From Candidatus Doudnabacteria bacterium RIFCSPHIGHO2_01_FULL_45_18 (GTDB lineage: Bacteria; Patescibacteriota; Doudnabacteria; UBA920; O2-02-FULL-48-8), in NCBI GenBank assembly GCA_001779915.1, contig MFEJ01000023.1:6165-70164 (forward strand): a stretch of DNA of 64,000 nucleotides, given 5' to 3'. Both the position numbers and the translations under genes were made by a program. The notes beneath the pieces are model-generated. The model did not search any database and was not told where the DNA came from. It saw nothing but the letters and a program-made list of their open reading frames with translations. Each line of letters starts with the position of its first letter. Within the stretch, counting starts at the first letter, position 1. Positions 59,483-64,000 of this stretch are shown piece after piece.

Positions 59483-60928
59483 ATGATCAAAATAAGTACG
59501 AACAAAACCATTCAGACTGATCTAATCATTCTGCCCTTGTTCGAAAAAGACCAATCACCAATCGCGCTACCACAGGCAGTGCTTTTGGATTTCAAAAATA
59601 CTTTAGGGGCAACCCAAATGGTTTACTCCAATCAAGGCCAGAAGCGGATTTTGCTTGTAGGGCTCGGCCACAAGCAAAAGTTTGGACCCCAAGCCTGGCG
59701 GCAAGCCATACACAGCATCATGTCTTATATCAGAACCTTGGATGTGGCCCAAGCATCATTGGTTCTGCCCAAAGTTTCTAAACTTTCACCAGTGAAGTTC
59801 ATGGAACTGACGGCTTTTGGCGTAATTTTCAGCCACTACCATTTTGACGAATATAAACAAGAAAAAACTCCAAGAAAACTTCAAAGCCTGGAACTAATTA
59901 CCAAAATAAGCGGCAAAAAAATCAATCAGGCCATCGAACACGGCATCATTATCGGCCTGGCCGCCAATGAAGCCCGAAGTCTTGCCAACCATCCAGGCAA
60001 CTTGGTCACCCCAAGCCATTTAGCCAAATACGCGCAGGAGTTAGCGCGAAAATATAAATTCGCCTGTAAAATTTTAGGCCCTGCCGAAATCAAGAAAGAA
60101 AAAATGGGCCTGCTTGCCGGTGTGGCTAAGGGTTCGGATGAACCAGCTAGATTTATAGTGCTCGAATACCTGCCTGCCGGCAGGCAGGCGGAAAATAAAA
60201 AACTTGAACCAATTGTCTTAATCGGCAAGGGGCTGACTTTTGATTCCGGCGGCATATCTATTAAGCCGGCGGATCGCATGGAAGAAATGAAATATGACAT
60301 GTGTGGCGCCGCTGACGTCCTGGCAATTTTTGAAGCCGTCAGTCAACTGAAATTACCAATCCACCTTATTGGTTTAATTCCCTCGACCGAGAACTTAATT
60401 TCTGGCCAAGCCACCAAGCCGGGCGACATTTTAATTTCCAAATCAGGAGTCAGTGTGGAGATTGTTAACACCGATGCCGAAGGCCGCCTGGTGCTGGCGG
60501 ATGCAATTGATTACGCCAGAGCGCACTTTCAACCAAAGCTCATTATTGATTACGCCACCTTAACCGGCGCCGTGCTTGTGGCCTTAGGAGATCAGCTAGC
60601 CGGATTTTTTGCCAATACCAAATCGTATGACGCCGGATTTAAAAAAGCGGCGGCGACAGCTGCGGAAAATTTTTGGCCTCTCCCCATGCCAGAAGAATAT
60701 AAAGAACATATTAAAAGCCAAGTGGCTGATATCCGAAACGTGGGGGAAAAAGGATTGGCCGGAGCAACAGCCGGCGCCATGTTTTTAGAACATTTCATCG
60801 GCACAACCCCTTGGATCCACTTAGATATCGCCGGCACGGCCTGGACCATGCGGCCTAAACCATCGCTGGCGGTTGGGGCCACGGCCTGGGGGGTTTATCT
60901 AACCGTGGACTTTTTGCGCAACCTTTAG
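59483..60928 (+). CDS. pepA: leucyl aminopeptidase (M17)
   Basis: NTDAEGRL motif; 481 aa. Confidence 0.85.
   Translation: MIKISTNKTIQTDLIILPLFEKDQSPIALPQAVLLDFKNTLGATQMVYSNQGQKRILLVGLGHKQKFGPQAWRQAIHSIMSYIRTLDVAQASLVLPKVSKLSPVKFMELTAFGVIFSHYHFDEYKQEKTPRKLQSLELITKISGKKINQAIEHGIIIGLAANEARSLANHPGNLVTPSHLAKYAQELARKYKFACKILGPAEIKKEKMGLLAGVAKGSDEPARFIVLEYLPAGRQAENKKLEPIVLIGKGLTFDSGGISIKPADRMEEMKYDMCGAADVLAIFEAVSQLKLPIHLIGLIPSTENLISGQATKPGDILISKSGVSVEIVNTDAEGRLVLADAIDYARAHFQPKLIIDYATLTGAVLVALGDQLAGFFANTKSYDAGFKKAAATAAENFWPLPMPEEYKEHIKSQVADIRNVGEKGLAGATAGAMFLEHFIGTTPWIHLDIAGTAWTMRPKPSLAVGATAWGVYLTVDFLRNL
60169..60188 (+). repeat. family B palindrome CCTGCCTGCCGGCAGGCAGG in-frame inside pepA
   Basis: Translated LPAGRQA; perfect 20-bp palindrome. 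Confidence 0.7.
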
Positions 60929-60933
60929 TCAAC

Positions 60934-61042
60934 CCATCGCGAGCGACTGCTTTATATATTCAGCTTAACCCTTGGCAGTCGCGTGGCGATCTTAATTAAG
61001 ATTGCTTCGTCGTCCCGATAAATCGGGACTCCTCGCAATGGG
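60934..61042 (-). repeat. family A element copy 5 (reverse orientation, expanded-loop variant) between pepA and ruvB
   Basis: The reverse complement reads CCATTGCGAGGAGTCCCGATTTATCGGGACGACGAAGCAATC...GCGACTGCC...AAAGCAGTCGCTCGCGATGG. Confidence 0.8.
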
Positions 61043-61065
61043 CCACACATGATATACTAAAACAA

Positions 61066-62103
61066 ATGATTAACCAAGACTCGGTTGAAATAGACATCAT
61101 CAACCCAAGCGCAGCTTCCGACGAAACCCTGTTTGAGGCGACTTTACGGCCGCAAAAATTAGCCGAGTATGTGGGTCAAGAAAAAATCAAGGCAAACCTT
61201 AAAATCTTGGTGGATGCGGCTCATGCCCGCAAAGAAACTCTCGAGCATATCCTACTTTATGGCCCACCGGGACTTGGGAAAACCACTTTGGCGCACATTA
61301 TCGCCCGTGAGGTTGGCGCAAATATCAAAATCACATCCGGCCCGGCCATTGAAAAAGCTGGCGACGTGGCCGCACTCTTAACCAATCTTTCGGAAAACGA
61401 TATTTTGTTCATTGACGAAATTCATCGCTTAAATAAAATCGTGGAAGAGGTTTTGTACCCGGCCATGGAGGATTATTGCCTGGATATTGTCTTGGGTAAA
61501 GGCGCTGGCGCCAAGGCCTTGCGTTTGGATTTGCCGAAATTTACCCTGATTGGCGCGACCACCAGAATTGGTCTCTTAACCGCTCCCCTGCGCGATCGGT
61601 TCGGCATGACTTACCGCTTAGATTACTACGAGGTGCCGGAAATTGAACAAATTATCAAACGCGCGGCCAAAATTTTAAACATCACAATTGATGAAGGTGG
61701 CCGAGCGGAGATTGCGAAACGCGCCAGACGCACGCCGCGTGTGGCCAACCGGCTGCTCAAACGTGTGCGCGATTTTGCGCAAGTCAAAGCCAAAGGGGAA
61801 ATCAACCAGCGTATAGCCCAAGAAGCCCTGGCGCTTTTGGAGGTTGACGATTTAGGACTAGACAACAATGACCGAAGAATTTTAGAAGCGTTAATTGATA
61901 AATTCGCCGGCGGCCCAGTTGGGGTTTCATCTCTAGCCGCGGCAACCTCGGAAGATTCCGGCACCATTGAAGACATTTATGAACCCTACCTTCTGAGGCT
62001 GGGGTTGATTGCTCGCACACCCAAGGGACGTGTGGCCACTCCGGCCGCATATGAGCATTTAAAGAAACCCGTTAAGAAACCGGGCACTCAAACTCTGCTA
62101 TAA
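61066..62103 (+). CDS. ruvB: Holliday junction DNA helicase RuvB
   Basis: AAA+ Walker [10 protein letters not shown], sensor motifs; 345 aa. Confidence 0.95.
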   Translation: MINQDSVEIDIINPSAASDETLFEATLRPQKLAEYVGQEKIKANLKILVDAAHARKETLEHILLYGPPGLGKTTLAHIIAREVGANIKITSGPAIEKAGDVAALLTNLSENDILFIDEIHRLNKIVEEVLYPAMEDYCLDIVLGKGAGAKALRLDLPKFTLIGATTRIGLLTAPLRDRFGMTYRLDYYEVPEIEQIIKRAAKILNITIDEGGRAEIAKRARRTPRVANRLLKRVRDFAQVKAKGEINQRIAQEALALLEVDDLGLDNNDRRILEALIDKFAGGPVGVSSLAAATSEDSGTIEDIYEPYLLRLGLIARTPKGRVATPAAYEHLKKPVKKPGTQTLL

Positions 62104-62199
62104 TTGTTAATTTTCAGTTTTTAGTTTCTAGTGAATTTTAATTATATAATTAGTTATTAAAAACTCACTAAAAACTAGAAATTCGTAACTAAAAAATCT

Positions 62200-62421
62200 A
62201 TGAACGCATACCAACCAACTAGTCTTGGTACCACAATCCTTACTTTGGTGTTTTATATCACCATAATTGGATTTGCGATCTATTCCCTGATTGCGCTTTA
62301 TGCGCTTTTACGTTTCGGCCGATCTAAAATTCTATCTATGACGATCACAATTTTATACTTAATTATAGCCGCGGGGCTGTATGCGGCGGCGATCACGAAT
62401 CTTCATGCAATTAGGTTCTAA
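62200..62421 (+). CDS. hypothetical small membrane protein (2 TM)
   Basis: 73 aa, hydrophobic. Confidence 0.3.
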   Translation: MNAYQPTSLGTTILTLVFYITIIGFAIYSLIALYALLRFGRSKILSMTITILYLIIAAGLYAAAITNLHAIRF

Positions 62422-62956
62422 TCCGCACAATTTATTCCCTGGCCAGCAGGAGAACGAAGAGGTTCTGCTTATCACCCGGCCGCATTGGATGGTATTTTTA
62501 GGCAAAATTATTTTTTGGATGATCTTTGTGGGAATCCTGTTTTTAGCTGACTGGGCGATCGCCAACTATGCGCCTATCCTGAATACCGAACCCCATGTGA
62601 ACTGGATCAATCTGCTCAAAAACATCTATTTAATGTTTTTGATTTTGGGTTTACTGATTCTGTGGGTCATGTATTATTTGAATTTACAAATTATTACCAA
62701 CGAGCGAGTAGTGGACGTCACTCAAACTTCCCTGTTGCACCATACGGTGTCGGAACTGCACTTAAGTAACATTGAGGACGTGACGGCCGAGACCAAGGGC
62801 TTGCTGGGAACATTTTTGGATTATGGTAATGTCTATGTGCAGACAGCCGCCGAAACTACCCGCTTTGTGTTTGATCGCGTCCCCAACCCCGCAGCTGTCG
62901 AAAAATTGATTCTAGATCTCTACGAAGCCCTACCACCGGATCAAAAAGGTGAATAA
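62405..62956 (+). CDS. membrane protein with bacterial PH-like (YdbS/YdbT) domain
   Basis: Two TM segments followed by a beta-rich domain. Confidence 0.45.
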   Translation: MQLGSNPHNLFPGQQENEEVLLITRPHWMVFLGKIIFWMIFVGILFLADWAIANYAPILNTEPHVNWINLLKNIYLMFLILGLLILWVMYYLNLQIITNERVVDVTQTSLLHHTVSELHLSNIEDVTAETKGLLGTFLDYGNVYVQTAAETTRFVFDRVPNPAAVEKLILDLYEALPPDQKGE

Positions 62957-63077
62957 ATATTAAACACTTGCTAAAACACTTGCCTAAACAAGTGTTTTTT
63001 AACGCTTGAAAAAAATCCCCAAACCTGTTAGTTTAATCAAACTACGTTGTTTACCAAACCTTCCGGAGGATTGAGAA

Positions 63078-64000
63078 ATGAAAAAACCAGTCGCGCTGGT
63101 TCTAGGCAGTGGCTCAAGAGAACATTCGGTGGTTGAAAGCGTGGCCAGAAGCGCCAATGTCTTCTGGTATCCTGGCAATGGCATCACTGGTGTAGTGGGT
63201 TTAAGACCCTTGATTAAGCCTGGCCACACTCCGCTAGTTACGAATCCGATGGAAATGCTTGGGCTTGCAGGTTACGTGAATGCCGACCTGACTTTCGTTG
63301 GCCCAGAGGCTCCGCTGGATGCCGGGATCGCAGATCAGTTCGCTGCCGCAGGCAGTTTACTTCTCGGCCCAACTCGTGCCGCCGCCCGACTTGAAACCAG
63401 TAAGGTGTTTGCCAAAGAGTTCATGCGCCGGCACAACATTCTAACTGCTGACTTTAGGGTTTTTGAGGATGCGGACGAAGCTTTGGCCTACGTCCGAAAC
63501 CGGAACTGCTCGCTGGTCGTAAAAGCTGACGGACTCGCCGACGGTAAGGGGGTTTACGTCTGTGACGACGCGCAACAAGCTCAAAGGGCTGTGTTGGAAC
63601 TCATGGTTGAGAAAGTCCATGGGAAAGCTGGCGAGCGAATTGTGATCGAAGAAAAACTCAACGGCGAAGAGTGCTCGTTCTTCGTCCTCTGCGATGGCAC
63701 GGTAGCGATTGAGTTTGGAACAGCCGGCGACCACAAACGGGCCTTTGATGGCGACCTCGGACCAAACACCGGCGGCATGGGAGCTTTCGCTCCCCATCCT
63801 GCCATGGCCGACCTTGGGCTTCGTGAACGGATCATGCGCGAGATCATCTACCCCACCCTAGAAGGCATGAAAGCGGAAGGCTATCCTTTCCGGGGATTTC
63901 TGTACGTGGGGCTCATGCTGACAGACGAAGGACCAAAGGTGATCGAGTTCAATGTTCGACTCGGTGACCCAGAGGCGCAGGTGATTCTCCCACTACTTGA
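63078..64000 (+). CDS. purD: phosphoribosylamine--glycine ligase (N-terminal about 300 aa; 3' end outside window)
   Basis: RBS GGAGGA; ATP-grasp motifs (VVKADGLADGKGV; EFNVRLGDPE); GC higher than the window average. Confidence 0.8.
   Translation, partial: MKKPVALVLGSGSREHSVVESVARSANVFWYPGNGITGVVGLRPLIKPGHTPLVTNPMEMLGLAGYVNADLTFVGPEAPLDAGIADQFAAAGSLLLGPTRAAARLETSKVFAKEFMRRHNILTADFRVFEDADEALAYVRNRNCSLVVKADGLADGKGVYVCDDAQQAQRAVLELMVEKVHGKAGERIVIEEKLNGEECSFFVLCDGTVAIEFGTAGDHKRAFDGDLGPNTGGMGAFAPHPAMADLGLRERIMREIIYPTLEGMKAEGYPFRGFLYVGLMLTDEGPKVIEFNVRLGDPEAQVILPLL

Noticed and set aside
63441-63847. Minus-strand ORFs (118 and 88 aa) inside the purD region
   Set aside because: They are antisense to a well-conserved ATP-grasp coding sequence; GC-rich antisense frames are commonly open by chance.

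Overview
The window is gene-dense, about 45% GC, and dominated by housekeeping genes of a small-genome bacterium. The gene content (minimal TsaB, a solo family-5 solute-binding protein, lone PilB, FemAB, VanW, PIG-L) resembles Patescibacteria/CPR-like lineages, but that placement is inference only. Core genes called with good support: uvrA, uvrC, uvrB, ruvA, ruvB, polA, rpoB-rpoC, valS, trpS, rnj, tsaD, tsaE, a minimal tsaB-like gene, the rpsF-ssb-rpsR cluster, efp, rpsT, ppa, gdh, folD, two tandem trxB-type genes, ychF, pepA, pilB, secG, an ABC-2 exporter pair, an MFS transporter, two tRNAs (Leu-CAG, Glu-TTC) and a 5'-partial purD at the window end. Accessory content: a VapBC-like toxin-antitoxin pair; a DUF559 endonuclease; two paralogous wHTH + Cas2-like (PaaX_C-like) proteins, one bracketed by a 31-bp direct repeat and the other by related palindromes; and a GC-rich two-gene islet (membrane protein plus a beta-barrel-like secreted protein) directly downstream of tRNA-Leu. 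The most unusual feature is a set of interspersed palindromic repeat families. Family A is 70-127 bp, has terminal inverted repeats CCATTGCGAGGAG...CTCGCGATGG and an internal CUUCGG hairpin, and has seven copies, three of them inserted in-frame into conserved genes (uvrC, tsaD, the VanW N-terminus). Families B and C are short GC palindromes that also sit in-frame in pepA, rnj and valS. This resembles Rickettsia palindromic elements. No CRISPR array, integrase, transposase or rRNA was found.
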